The notes beneath the pieces were generated by a model. The model did no database searches and was not told the DNA's origin. It was given only the letters and a program-made list of their open reading frames with translations. A stretch of 64,000 nt of DNA, from the NCBI GenBank assembly GCA_024704765.1, contig JAKMXF010000066.1:1299883-1363882 (forward strand), in the 5' to 3' direction. The translations under genes and the position numbers were made by a program. How positions within the stretch are numbered: the first letter of the stretch is position 1; the number at the start of each line of letters is the position of its first letter. Below, piece by piece: positions 15,001 to 26,735 of this stretch. This DNA is from Oopsacas minuta (taxonomy: Eukaryota; Animalia; Porifera).

Positions 15001-15763
15001 GGATTATCAATGAATTACTGAATATAGAAAACATTTCAGATATTTTAGACTTAATTGAAGTCGTAATTGGATTTGCAGGATCTGCAGGCGGCTTTCCTAA
15101 CCACAAAATCATATCATATCTTCATGATGTACTCAAATACCCTGTAGGTCAGCATCTCCAGAGTGACGCGGTTAGATAGCATTATTGGGTTAGTTATATG
15201 GATGGTTAATTCATATTTCTTCTTTAGGCTAATAGTCATTGCTGCATGAAGCATTTGGTATGGCTTTGGCAGAATATTTCAGTTGCAAAAGCCATACTCT
15301 TCGTGCAACACAATCAAGTAAGCTTTATTAGGTATATGTGAATTTTTCCGGTGTATTTATACGTGTATTTTATTTTGATGTTAGCATCCATTCGCAAAAT
15401 TATCAGAACATTTTTATACTCAGCTAAGCTTAGAACAAAATCGAGAGTTCAAAACTAAACTGAACTTATTACCCCTCAAAGAGATCCTCTTCGCGATTCA
15501 TGACTTTGTAATTTTCTTTTTGAGAAATTTGGATGTTACTCAAGCACAGTATCCGTGAGTTATACGAAATTAATGCTGAAATAAACATGATTAATCAATA
15601 CATTATCTATGCTATATTTACTAGATTATATGACTGTTATACAGAATATTTCAAATTAGAGTTTGGGAAAGATCCAGAATTCTTTCCTTCCAAGATATTT
15701 ACTGAAGATATATTGGTATCTCATACTATCCATATATGGACAATTTTAGCCCAAGAAGTGTGA
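2..15763 (+). CDS. RNF213: RNF213/mysterin-like giant AAA+ ATPase / E3 ligase, multi-exon, 5'-incomplete
   Basis: Frame is open from position 2 to a donor at 7030/7031 (exon >7 kb). Walker A GETGCGKT at 3887-3910 with FFDEAN; GKPGSSKS at 4904-4927 with VVLEEVGLAEDSP, then SNWALDPAKMNRG. Downstream small exons can be joined by GT-AG introns (e.g. 7483-7663, 7777-7910, 8952-9118, 10038-10215). C3HC4 RING at 10057-10167 and RZ finger at 12088-12249. Stop TGA at 15761-15763. Some internal splice sites were not resolved. Confidence 0.95.
12383..12799. mobile_element. Degenerate CAGT-ended MITE in RNF213 intron
   Basis: Left end CAGTAGATGCCGGATATAAGAAC; right end GTTCTTATAACCGG...GGCATTCACAG followed by TA; several internal CCGG(A/T)TATAAGAAC subrepeats. 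Confidence 0.5.
14503..14694. mobile_element. Probable hAT-like MITE remnant in RNF213 intron
   Basis: Imperfect inverted ends CAGGGTGTTATCCAG / CTGGATTAAACCCTTG; no clean TSD. Confidence 0.35.
14726..14866. mobile_element. Probable Tc1/pogo-type MITE remnant in RNF213 intron
   Basis: Inverted ends GTAAACCTCC / GGAGGTTTAC, with internal inverted GAGATACGGCA / TGCCGTATCTT. Confidence 0.4.
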
Positions 15764-15966
15764 TTAACCTATTTTTATATTTTTCTTATCCCAAACTGCA
15801 AATGCTATTAGACAATGGATTATTCTAATTTTATTCTGATTGCTGCTATTATATTATTCTGATACTATGTACAACGTTTTAAATGTTTTCGGTCGCCAGA
15901 ACGTGTTAAAACTTTCAATATGTGTGCATACTTAGCAATAAATTGATATATATTTATACATATATA

Positions 15967-17627
15967 ATGGCCACCAACAATCAAAGTGAACTTGACTTAC
16001 AAGACTATACACAAATAGCAACTCTATTGGAGTTAACAGATCAAATTCGTAAGAAACGCAAGATAAAAATTGTATTAGAAAATAGACAATTAGTTCTGAT
16101 TAATGACAATGGCAAACTATACTGTTTGGATGAGTTCTGTTATCATGCTGGAGGACCGTTATCACTTGGTAAGTTATTTGAGGTATATCTTTAAATATTT
16201 ATTTATGATTGAAGATGATCGGCGGTAGCAATTTTTGTTCTTCTGACCAATGTGAAAAAGGATATTTTTCTGAAAATATTCCGGCTGTATTGCTTTTGAT
16301 TGAAATAAATATTGAGGGATCCGAGTTTCTACTATATTTGGTAATACAGCGGAAGCGGCTTAATCGGGACAGCTCGGGAGTCAATGTTTAGTCCCGATTA
16401 ATCCATTATGATGTATTTAAGTATTCAAAACTTGTTTTCGTGGTCTCAGATCACAACCAGAAATATCTTATTGCACTACTACTAAATCCTAATTTTTATG
16501 GGGAGTGACAAAAGTTAGTATTCTTGGTTTGTAAATTGTAGTCTACTCGGTGTTGTATTGTTATGGTTGTAGAATATTCAAATAGTTAGTTTTAAAAACA
16601 AACCATATACAATGATTCTGAATAAATATACAATTGTAATTGGGATGAAATCTCAATTAAGTGAATATAATTTCTAATTCGGTTGATCGGGATAAGAGAT
16701 CCGATTAGCCGATTCGATATCCCAATTATCCGACGATTTTGCTATGTAAAAAATCTGTTGCCCCGTTTAAACGGATATCCCGATTAAGCGGCTTCCACTG
16801 TAACTAATAACCTAATTATATACATAATACATATATATACACTCCCTGGCCAAAAGTATTGGAACATCATGTCACTAATGACACATGTGGCATATGGAAC
16901 TTTGTGAAAATATATGTATTGAATAGTCTGTGGATATATCAGAAAAGGCGATTGTAATAATAAAATTAATGATAGAATTAAGTTCACAAATGTTTGAATC
17001 TATCTTCAGCCTAAACAACTAAAGTCAAATGCATATTTGTGCCAAGTGTCAATTGTGGCCGAGTGTTCCAATACTTTTGGCCAGGGAGTGTAGTCCATAC
17101 TTTCCAACCTGAGTGAAGAGAAAAGCGGGACGTAGCATATTTGTATTAAACTGGACAACAAAAAGCTGGACATCAAGGTTTTTGACAAGTTTTGGCTGGA
17201 CATTAGCCTCATTGCCCCTCAACATATGTCCAAGAAAGCGGGGCGTCCCGCCAAAAACGGGACAGTTGGCAAGTATGATAGTTAGGTGCGCATATTATAA
17301 ACAATTATCCAACTAGGAGATATAGAAGATTATAACGGAACACGCTGCATTACTTGTCCATGGCATAGAAACAAGATAGAATTGGATACAGGAGATAATT
17401 TATACACAACTATTGATCCCTTTACAAGGCAAACAAAGCCTGGCAGAAAAAAGTTCAAACAACGAACTCATAAAGTTGTGGTTAATGGAGAAGGAGTATT
17501 TGTGAAACTTTCAACAAAATATGGGAATCAAAATGAGTTTGAGAGTGATTTCTACTACCAACAAGAAACACAACAAGCTCTGAATCAAAAGTTAGAAGAT
17601 GAATTGCAACTTTCGAAGCAGAAATGA
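15967..17627 (+). CDS. RFESD: Rieske [2Fe-2S] domain protein, 2 exons (15967-16168, 17317-17627), 170 aa
   Basis: Phase-1 GTAAGT...CTAG intron joins FCYHAGGPLSLG to DIEDYNGTRCITCPWH (CxH...CxxH ligands), followed by KIELDTGDNLY...KQRTHKVVV, which resembles RFESD. Confidence 0.85.
16347..16800. mobile_element. pogo/Tc1-mariner-type MITE, 454 bp
   Basis: 23-bp TIR with 21 matches (CAGCGGAAGCGGCTTAATCGGGA / TCCCGATTAAGCGGCTTCCACTG); TA on both flanks. Confidence 0.85.
16840..17090. mobile_element. Tc1-type MITE, 251 bp
   Basis: Perfect 27-bp TIR CACTCCCTGGCCAAAAGTATTGGAACA; TA on both flanks. Confidence 0.9.
17096..17277. mobile_element. Small non-autonomous DNA element (CATACTT(T/G)CCAAC ends)
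   Basis: Inverted ends CATACTTTCCAAC / GTTGGCAAGTATG. The same right-end sequence (CGGGACAGTTGGCAAG) recurs at ~43973-43988. No clean TSD. Confidence 0.6.
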
Positions 17628-18823
17628 TTTTTAATGTTCAAACCTTTTTGCTCTTGATGTTAAATATCAATAATTATTACTTAAAGGCACATATGTTTGT
17701 GTGCTAAGCTATGCCAGATATCGATATTTCCTCTGTTATAAAACAAGTATAGTATTATAAGCAAAACATGTTTTGGAGTGTCGCTCTACACTAATTTTTT
17801 GAATATTTACATAGTGGATATAAGTGATGCTGATCAATTCGTGAATGAGCCTATTTCGCATTTGGGCTGTAACACTGGTGAAAGTCCCATAATTTGAAGA
17901 AAAGTGAGCGAAATGAGCTGTTTCTAAAATATAGAAACTACATACAATTACTTCGGTCGACACGTCCACCCTAGTCCAAAATCCTAAAAGAATTGTGAGA
18001 ACTTATGTGTAGTAGACTATGAAAGTATTTATCTATCCTTTGGGTACATATTTCAAAGTAAATTATACTCAATTAATCAAAACAAATTTTGACTTATGTC
18101 CTCTCAATTTTAATACTGGCTCACTACGTAATAATCAGTACAGGTAGTGTAAATTATTCATTAATAATAATATAATACTTTCAAAACCAGCATACATTTT
18201 TAAACTTAAAACGCTTACGGTGAAATATAGATATTATATCTTAATTTGTAGTTAAGTAATTTAGGTGCATATCTGTTACCTGGGAGTACACGTGTGATGA
18301 GGAAAGAGATATAGATGAAGACAGTTAGGCTATACATGGCATCAATATAATCCAGGATACTTCATAATCTCACATCTGAATAATCTCTGCGGACACGATA
18401 AGAATATATTCAAGGTAAATACATATACAATATAATTAATTTGATGAAGATAAATATGGGGCGGATTCAGTTAACTGGTTAGCCGCTTAACCAGGAGACT
18501 TTACAAAGAATGGTAATTTACTCCGGTTGGTTAAATAACCTGAAATGCAGGTTCAAAAGTATTCTAGCTGTCTCCGCCGTATGTGGAACCTATTTATTGT
18601 AGAATTTGTAACGATAAACGCAATTCTTCATGATCAAAGAGAATATAATCAATGGCCTGGAAATTATTTTGGCAATTCTTTGCTTGGCTTGCCTGATGTA
18701 TAGTAGGCCATTGTCTACTATATTTCAAATCAAAATATTAGAATTGATTTTACAGTACTGATAGCTGCTGCCTGTCTATAAAAGCCATTTGATTCTCTCT
18801 CATTATAGGATAGGAAATCTAAA

Positions 18824-21312
18824 ATGACATCATTACTGTTTCTGCTACTGGTCTGTTCTATCATAAGAGTTCATACACAATCAGTGGGTGATAGTATTAC
18901 AATAGATCTACCATTTGGATCTGTAAAGGGATATTCTAACGGAGATTCTTGGGAGTTCTACGGAATACCATTCGCAGCTCCTCCAGTAGGAAATCTACGC
19001 TGGCAGCCTCCTTCAAATTTTACTCCTTGGAGTGGATCTACACTTGATGCTAAAGACCCACCACCTGCCTGTATTCAAAAGTGCGAATTTGGAATAATTG
19101 GTTGTGCTGCCAATATGAGTGAGGATTGTCTCTACCTAAATATATTCATACCAATCTCCTGGAGACCAGGATCAATTAGGAGCTACGATATACTGCTATT
19201 TATATATGGAGGAGGATTTCATGAAGGAACTTCAGGCTGTTTGCTCTACGACTCCAGGTCTGTACTTAGTAATTCTTAAGATATAATTTGGAGAAAATGT
19301 GGTAACAAGCATACGAATAGCACAAATAAACAGATGAAAGAGCATGTAACCTGTTTAATAAACAGCATAACTGGAAAATTATTTGAGGTTCTTCCATTGA
19401 CTTGTAGTTGTCTATTTGTTATTTATACTACCTTCTAGGTTTCTTGCAAACTTCACTGATACCATCATTGTCACTTTCAACTATCGCGTTGGGGCGCTAG
19501 GTTTCCTTAGAATTCCATTATTTGATATCTATGGGAACATGGGTTTTGTAGATCAGCGTATGGCAATGCAATGGGTTAAGGACTATATTTCATATTTCGG
19601 AGGAAGAGGAAAAACAACTTTGTTTGGACAGAGTGCAGGAGCTATTTCTATTGGGGCTCATGTCGCATCGCCTCTATCCAAAGGACTCTTCGATAATATT
19701 ATTTTGGAAAGTGACGGCTGGACAGTTCCATTTCGAGATACATTCAATGCAGAATTATTAGCGGCTGAATACAGTGTGGTAAGAAATGTAGTTTAGAATA
19801 GTAACGTCGTAAGATTATTCAGAAAATGGTCTAGTGAAAATACTATATCATATAGTGAGTAGAATTTTCCTGTGACAACTTGATATTCTATTTCCAAGTC
19901 GAAATGACGTCATCTCATTTCTTACTTAACAATTTTGTTAAGAAAGGCTCATATGAATTGACTATTTATTCAGTATTTAAAACTCTGTCAAGAGTCAATT
20001 CATACATTTACGCTTACAGAACTTATTCCTTGGGATCTAGGGCTATTTTCATGCAAAATATCAAAATTTGTTATGATAATATATACACTCTCCAGAGTTA
20101 TCGTTGCAACCATGGATGGCACATTTTTGCTGACATTCATCAATAACTTGACAATCTTTAATGTTATAGCCCAATAGTCGTGGAAACATGTAGTATATAC
20201 CCGATTTCTCATATCCTGATAATACATTCTGAAACGATATCTCTGTATGTGAGAGTCTTTTTTTCATAGAACAATATCACAAGTTACTCTTATTCTAATT
20301 GTAATTGAATTTATTGGAGTTGATGTGAAATATTTATTAGATATTTCATAATTTCCTATAGAAGCTGGACTGTTTTACCAAAAGCTGTTTTCACAGTAGA
20401 ACAGCTGATGAAATACTTGCAGCTCAACTTCCGATTATCCCAATTGCATTTTCATTCAACATACTGATTGACTTCGTTCCATGGTCTCCTATTATAGACA
20501 ACATAAATTTAATGAATCAACCATATGCAGTTGTAATTGAGATGGCGAAAAATGGAACATTACCTCCTGCTATTATGGGCACAACGACAGATGAAGGGTA
20601 TCTCTTCATGGAACCAATTGAAAGAGAATCACCTATCAAGGGTAAGTTATTCTACGATGCAGTTATGCTTGCAACATTTCTAGAGGATTCTGTATCAGTA
20701 AACGATCAATACAACTCATTTTATGGAGCTACAGATAATTATTTACAAAGATTATCACAGATAATAGGAGATTATCTATTCGGTTGTTCCACAAGGAGTA
20801 TTTTAAATGCAATCTCAAGTGCTGGACAAAAAGATGTATGGAAGTATATATGGGACAGAACTATAACGTATAATGCTTCAGATAATATATGTTATAACAG
20901 AGCATGTCACGGAGCAGAACTCTTCTATGTCTTTGGTGCTGTGAGTCTATGGGGTCAACAGTTCACTCCTAATGACTTGAACTTGTCCAGACAGGTACAG
21001 ACATACTGGGGGAACATGGCAAAGAGCAATGACCCTAATATTGGGCCAGTTGGAACAGGATTGTATCCAGCCTGGCCTAGATATGACGTAAGAACTGGAG
21101 CACAGATGTTCTTTGAAGACCCAATTGGTAGACTATCGTTCAATTTCAGTAATGGTATATGTGATCATCTAGACACCATAGGGTATGATAGGTCAAATGT
21201 ATTCGGAAACTCATCAGTCGTTAGCAGTTCTATACTGCTCATGGCTGTAGGTGAGTTAGTATTGACATCATCATTCTATATACACCCGAATTACAAACCA
21301 AATGCAGGTTGA
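18824..21312 (+). CDS. Secreted type-B carboxylesterase; exons 18824-19257, 19439-19778, 20362-21312
   Basis: Signal peptide; GIPFAAPPVGNLRWQPP; SEDCLYLN; YGGGF oxyanion hole; catalytic GQSAG, TTTDEG (Glu) and CHGAEL (His). Splice phases are consistent. Confidence 0.93.
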
Positions 21313-21886
21313 TTCCGAATATGAAATAATAACACTGAGTGATGTTAGGGTCCTCAAATCGATCCAAACTAGTATACCGCTATTTTAAATTAAAACTAGT
21401 ATTGGCACTCTTTAGGATGTCCTATGCATTTATACGTAGTAATTCTCTCCCTAAAGGGATTGAACTAGGCAGTTGGATTAACTTGAACACTATTTACCTT
21501 TTTCACATTAATGACTAAATCCACTGTATGATTATTGCTTGCCCACAAGCTGTAGCCGTGACGTGACCTACGTAGGTCGCGCTGTAGCATATCTCCATGT
21601 TATCATCGCCTAGACACTAGGTTAACTTTTATAAAAATAATTCAATAATTATGAGTTTTCTTCTATTCTTGTAGCTCTTGTGATGATTTGTTTCATCAGT
21701 TAAGCACTCATCCTACTAACTTTAGTATGCTTGTATTATCCTTTGTATCTCTGTTATATGCTATATTGTATTAATAACTCAGTATTATGTATACTTTCAT
21801 ATCTACCTTAAAGATTCTTATCTTGTTATTAATTTATTTGCTATCATTTGCATTTTTAAGGCAAATCACATTTTAATACAAGTATA

Positions 21887-22392
21887 CAGTCAACTCCGCT
21901 TAATCGGGATACATCGGTTCCAGCACTTTTCCCCCATTAAGCGGAGATTTTCTAATAATGATACTAACGAGCATCACTTTTCTATTTTTTCAGTCCCAGA
22001 GTCCCTAAAGCAAGTTAACTACACTATTGTTGAGTAATGCCCACCCAGAGTACAAACTTTAAAATTTTTCGATTCGTTTAGTGTCTTCCGTGAATCAATG
22101 TTGATAATAATCACTAGCAAATAGATTTATATTTGGGCATATCATTCCCAAATTTAGCCTATACTTATCCAAATTTTGTCCAAGTAAGAAGCTTATTAGA
22201 ATTTCCTAAATCAACAGAAATTTCGTCTTGATTGAGTTACTATTTTTCACTCAATTACCAGATTTATCCCGATTAACCGAAAATATCTAGTATTAACTTG
22301 AATGGAGATGATTCCGATCCTGAAGATTTGTCCAATTTAAGCGGATTTTCCGATTAACAGGTCCCCAAATCCCAATTAAGCGGAGTTGACTC
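21887..22392. mobile_element. pogo/Tc1-mariner-type MITE, 506 bp
   Basis: TIR CAGTCAACTCCGCTTAAT / ATTAAGCGGAGTTGACTC (17/18); TA on both flanks; shares the GCTTAATCGGGA core with the 16347-16800 element. Confidence 0.85.
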
Positions 22393-22866
22393 TATGGATT
22401 TTCCGCTGTATTATTGTATTATGATGAACACTACAGAATTTATATATTTACACAGCTCATCTAACTGTATTTAAATTTTAATTACTTCAAATCTATTAAT
22501 GTCTTCTAGAATCTAGAAATTTAATCTTTGCTCAGCGTACCCTCGAAAACATCTTGCCTCAGTTTGAGAACTATTCACTGGCATTGATTCCCCAAAGAGT
22601 GTTAAGCGCTTTATTTAACGAGCTTAGAATATCTAACTGCGTTAATATGTGGAGTCTACGTGTACATAGAGCTTGATAAAGGTATTCTGCACTCAATCAC
22701 TATTATAAGCGCTCTACAAAATCCCGTAGGAAACACTGCTCACTAATCTACCTAAATCAATATTATCTTGAATCTGTTAGATTTCTATACTTAACGACAC
22801 ATACAAAATTGTGTTTTTAGTTTCAACTTCCAAGTTAATGTGTATAATTTGATACATATTTGTTGG

Positions 22867-22920
22867 AGTGTAAATACGAATTTGGTGTATACGCGAATAC
22901 ACCAAATTCGTACTAACACT
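22867..22920. repeat. Short hairpin / inverted repeat
   Basis: Perfect 16-bp stem (22875-22890 / 22897-22912), 6-nt loop, extended by AGTGT/ACACT. Confidence 0.8.
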
Positions 22921-24238
22921 GTAACACACGCTATGTATTTTCAGTTCAACAATTAAACAAAGCTTATAACATATATAAAACTGGAATTCTGATATTTTCT
23001 GATGCGTATTTCCTTTTTGTTGAGATTGATCGATCGGTCGCTATATCATACATTAACATTACACATACTTCTAATAGTATTCAATTTGTGTGCTGTAGTT
23101 CGAATATGTATTGAAAGACTATATTACGCAATCAACAGGGATGGTAAAATGCTGTTAACAACAAATCTTTCAACCCTAAAATTTTATTGACGATTCCCCA
23201 GTTCTTGTTGCACTGAGCTGTTAACAGTAAGTAATTAGCTGTTAATTAACAGCAGATTCTTGCTATAGTTATGGCCCTATGGCATATAGCAAGTGCTTGA
23301 TTACGTTATCAGATCTCTAGATCCCTGCTCGAACAGAAATGCAAATTTTACTTATAGTCTGTTTTATACATAAACTACATAAACCAATGAAAAATTCAAA
23401 TTTGCTTGTTTCAACCCTCGCAATTAATGTTAATTTCCAATCTCCTACGTATACTGATTGTTAGAAATATCTCCGCTATACTAGTAATAGCGAGGATTGC
23501 AGTCTTTTTGTCACACTGGTTTATTCAAATCGTACGCAAATGAGTGAATACATCATTCTACTAATTAATAAATCATTCTCTGAAGCTGACCTAATAGCAC
23601 AGTATAGCCTGACACAGAGGGGGATTAACCTTGTCAATTTTTCCGAAATTATTAAAATTTAACCCTTCTTTTGAAATAGATTCTCGAAATTAGCTTTATC
23701 ACTGAAATCATTGATAATTCCTTAGAAATTGATGCAATAAATTTAAAAGAATAGACCACATGCACTTTTACTTAGTACAAGCTTTGGGTACATTTTTATT
23801 TTTACTCCAAGTAAATGATACTGTAAGACAAATTCTTTCTTAGTGAATATTGTAATATATATTTAATATATCATCTCTCTCAAAAGTGGTTTAGTCTGGA
23901 TCACAATAGTGCTGTTGTATATTGCTTTTAAGATAAAACTTCAATTGAACTCCTACTCGTACAATATTTTGAAACACATATGTGCAATAGCAGCTAATAT
24001 TAAAGCACAAATTAGAATGAACTGTATTCAAGGTGCAAGATCCAGCGTAGTGGATAACAATTATAATTAAAATAGAACAAAGATTTGGAAGTTTTGATTC
24101 AATTCTGGAAGCTATTGTAAGCATTGTATGTATATATGATTAGTCCGTAATAATTGAATAGATTCTGCATTAGAGCAAACATATAAAAGAAGCGTATTAT
24201 AGAATATAATCCACACATTGAATTAGTAACTGATATAA

Positions 24239-24922
24239 ATGAATCTGCGAAATACACCAAGTCATGTCTTATCAAAGGCAGAAAATAAAACAATCAAGGA
24301 TATACTGGGAGAAAATAGAATATCTATTTGCACAACATACGCACAGATATACGTCACTTCGAAATCAGAACAGGATTGGCAGATAGTAGGTACAGGAGCT
24401 CTCTGTTTAACGCATGACTTCCAACTGAATACATTCATTCTCGTGTTGATAGATGCTGATAGAATTATATGGGAGTGTGAATTGACGAACTATGCTGACT
24501 ACATGTGGGTATCTAAAAAGTTCCATCTGTTAAAATTGGATCAGTTGATGGGAATTAATTTTATTTGCCATTTGGAAGCTCAACATTTCCAATATAAATT
24601 AGTTAGAACATTAGAATACATCAATACGACTCACCTAGCAAAAAATATTGTTAGGAAATCTGAAACACTCCCAAAGATGTCGAATACAAAATATAATACT
24701 TTGATCAAATCAGAAAATGGGTCTCGTTCTCCAATGGCTCGCGGTAGATCTTGTATCAAAAAATGTTACAGAAAGCTCGTTAACAAAACAAAATTTGAAT
24801 ACACAGAATTCACAACAGAATCAAGGTCTTCGTCTCCAACTTCTGAAGAGAAAGAGAAAATTTATCAAACTTTGTCGGATATTCGACAGTTACAAATCCG
24901 TTATTGTCCATGCCATGCATAA
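24239..24922 (+). CDS. WASP-type WH1 (EVH1) domain protein lacking CRIB/VCA, single exon, 227 aa
   Basis: PSHVLSKAENKTIKDILG...AQIY...W...GALCL...IWECEL...FHLL...GINF...EAQHF follows the WASP WH1 pattern. No polyproline, CRIB or VCA motif in the C-terminal half. Confidence 0.8.
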   Translation: MNLRNTPSHVLSKAENKTIKDILGENRISICTTYAQIYVTSKSEQDWQIVGTGALCLTHDFQLNTFILVLIDADRIIWECELTNYADYMWVSKKFHLLKLDQLMGINFICHLEAQHFQYKLVRTLEYINTTHLAKNIVRKSETLPKMSNTKYNTLIKSENGSRSPMARGRSCIKKCYRKLVNKTKFEYTEFTTESRSSSPTSEEKEKIYQTLSDIRQLQIRYCPCHA

Positions 24923-26735
24923 CTTCACACCAACAAGGCATCAATACATTATTTTTCATTTTTCACTAGTGAATATTTTCTATATTTATGGGTACAACTT
25001 TTTCGTACTTATTACAATACTTGTGATCATTTAAAAATTCACTTATTTTTTAGGGTATTTGGCGATGTGTTGAGATGGTTCCTCAGATTGTCAGGTTTCA
25101 ACTGGGTAAACTTTCGTACGTTTAGGACAGTCATTATAGCCGCCAACTTTACTATCTATTGTAAGATTAGATTATACTTGTAGATAAATAGCTGTGAATT
25201 CTCACCGCTATGAAAAGTAAAGCATCAATTAAAGATTTTCAAAACCAATGTCAGGCACAGAGCGATTTCTACACAAAATGTATGTTCATTGATTTCTTTG
25301 AGAAATGCACTTGATTTAATTCCAATGAGCATTGCCTTATATTGAATATCCTAGAGTTGTCATGATAAATAATGATATTGAAGTCCGCTCACTATAAGCA
25401 ACTATAGAGTCAAAGTTAGTTAGAAACATGTTTCAGCTCCACAACCCATCTGACTTGGCTGCCGCATGAATAGTATCATTATTGCCATTTTTGTCATCAT
25501 TCACTCTTTATACAATGTACTAGTAATTCTGAGTGATAGGACAAAAAGATAACTTGGGATGTTTTCATATCAAATTTCACTTCAGCCCTTTTAATATTTT
25601 TCGTGAATCAACCACATTTGCCTGATAGATAATGATAGTGTGCCCTGCGCTCGCATCCACATAGGATCCATCGATGTGGAGCTTAAACAAGTTTCAAATT
25701 ACACAATGGCCTAATTATAAGTGCAATATACTACACATCTTAGTAGTACAGAAGACACCTCTGTTATCCGAACAGCAGAAAGTATAGTTACTTTGTAAAA
25801 ATTGTTCAAATTTCATCTCTGAAGCAGCTTCTTACTACTAAAATACAATTGGTTTTCGTATGATACGGTAATATTAGGCCCACATTAGTGTGAATATGCA
25901 GTCAAATATTCCTAATCCACATTTTCATATTTCCTCAAGGTGGGAATCCGAATGTCATGTATCAAAACAATCAAATACACTATTTCAGTTATCCGAACAC
26001 ACCAAAATTGAAGCACTGTAATAGGAATATTTAATGTGGTAATGCAATGCAGCAAAGCTTCCTACGACCCTGCAGATGTACTAATAATACATTATAAATG
26101 CTTTGAATAGTGGTTTCTATAAAGCTAGGTTTAGAGTTTCTCTCCCACACTGTTACTTCAGATAGAATTATATTCTATTGGTTGACAATAATTTATAACT
26201 TATTCGAACTACGTAACATCATTGTAAGTAATGCAGAAATTGGATAACTTACATTTTGCTGGAGAGAGAGTTATACTTGTTTTCAAAGTCAGTTATGTAG
26301 CCAGGATGTATAGTTCCTAGCCTCTAGGCCACTGATATATTAATGTTGTGGTAAAATGCTGTATTAATGATAATTGCTAGTAGAGTTCAGGCTAGCTTGA
26401 TATGTTCATTTATATGGTTATCTTAACCAGTTTGAGCAAAAGAGACAAAAATATAAATTGAACACGAAACAATTACTACGTACAAACACTTTTCACATCA
26501 AAGATAGTCACATACCTACGTGATGGCAAATGTGCAACCATCAAGATATGAAGCAAACCTGTCAATCTCTGGATTTTACAAAAAATGGGGGCAAAATTTG
26601 AGAATCAATGGGAATGTAAACAAATTTATTTGCCTTTTCCTAATCAATATAATATTTATAAATGTAAAACGTGTGTTAGTTAGAACTATTTAATCAAAGT
26701 ACATATACGTAATTCAAATCTTAATTAATAAATAT

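Noticed and set aside
18294-18379. C/D-box snoRNA (GTGATGA...CTGA)
   Set aside because: No terminal stem or recognisable antisense element; such boxes are expected by chance in AT-rich DNA.
18824-21312. Acetylcholinesterase assignment
   Set aside because: The choline-binding Trp motif before SEDCLYLN is absent (GIIGCAANM instead), so only a generic carboxylesterase is supported.
25060-25700. Minus-strand coding-like fragments between the WH1 genes (e.g. LFKLHIDGSYVDASAGHTII..., SKVGGYNDCPKRTKVYPVET*)
   Set aside because: I could not join them into a stop-free spliced frame or recognise a domain; left unresolved.
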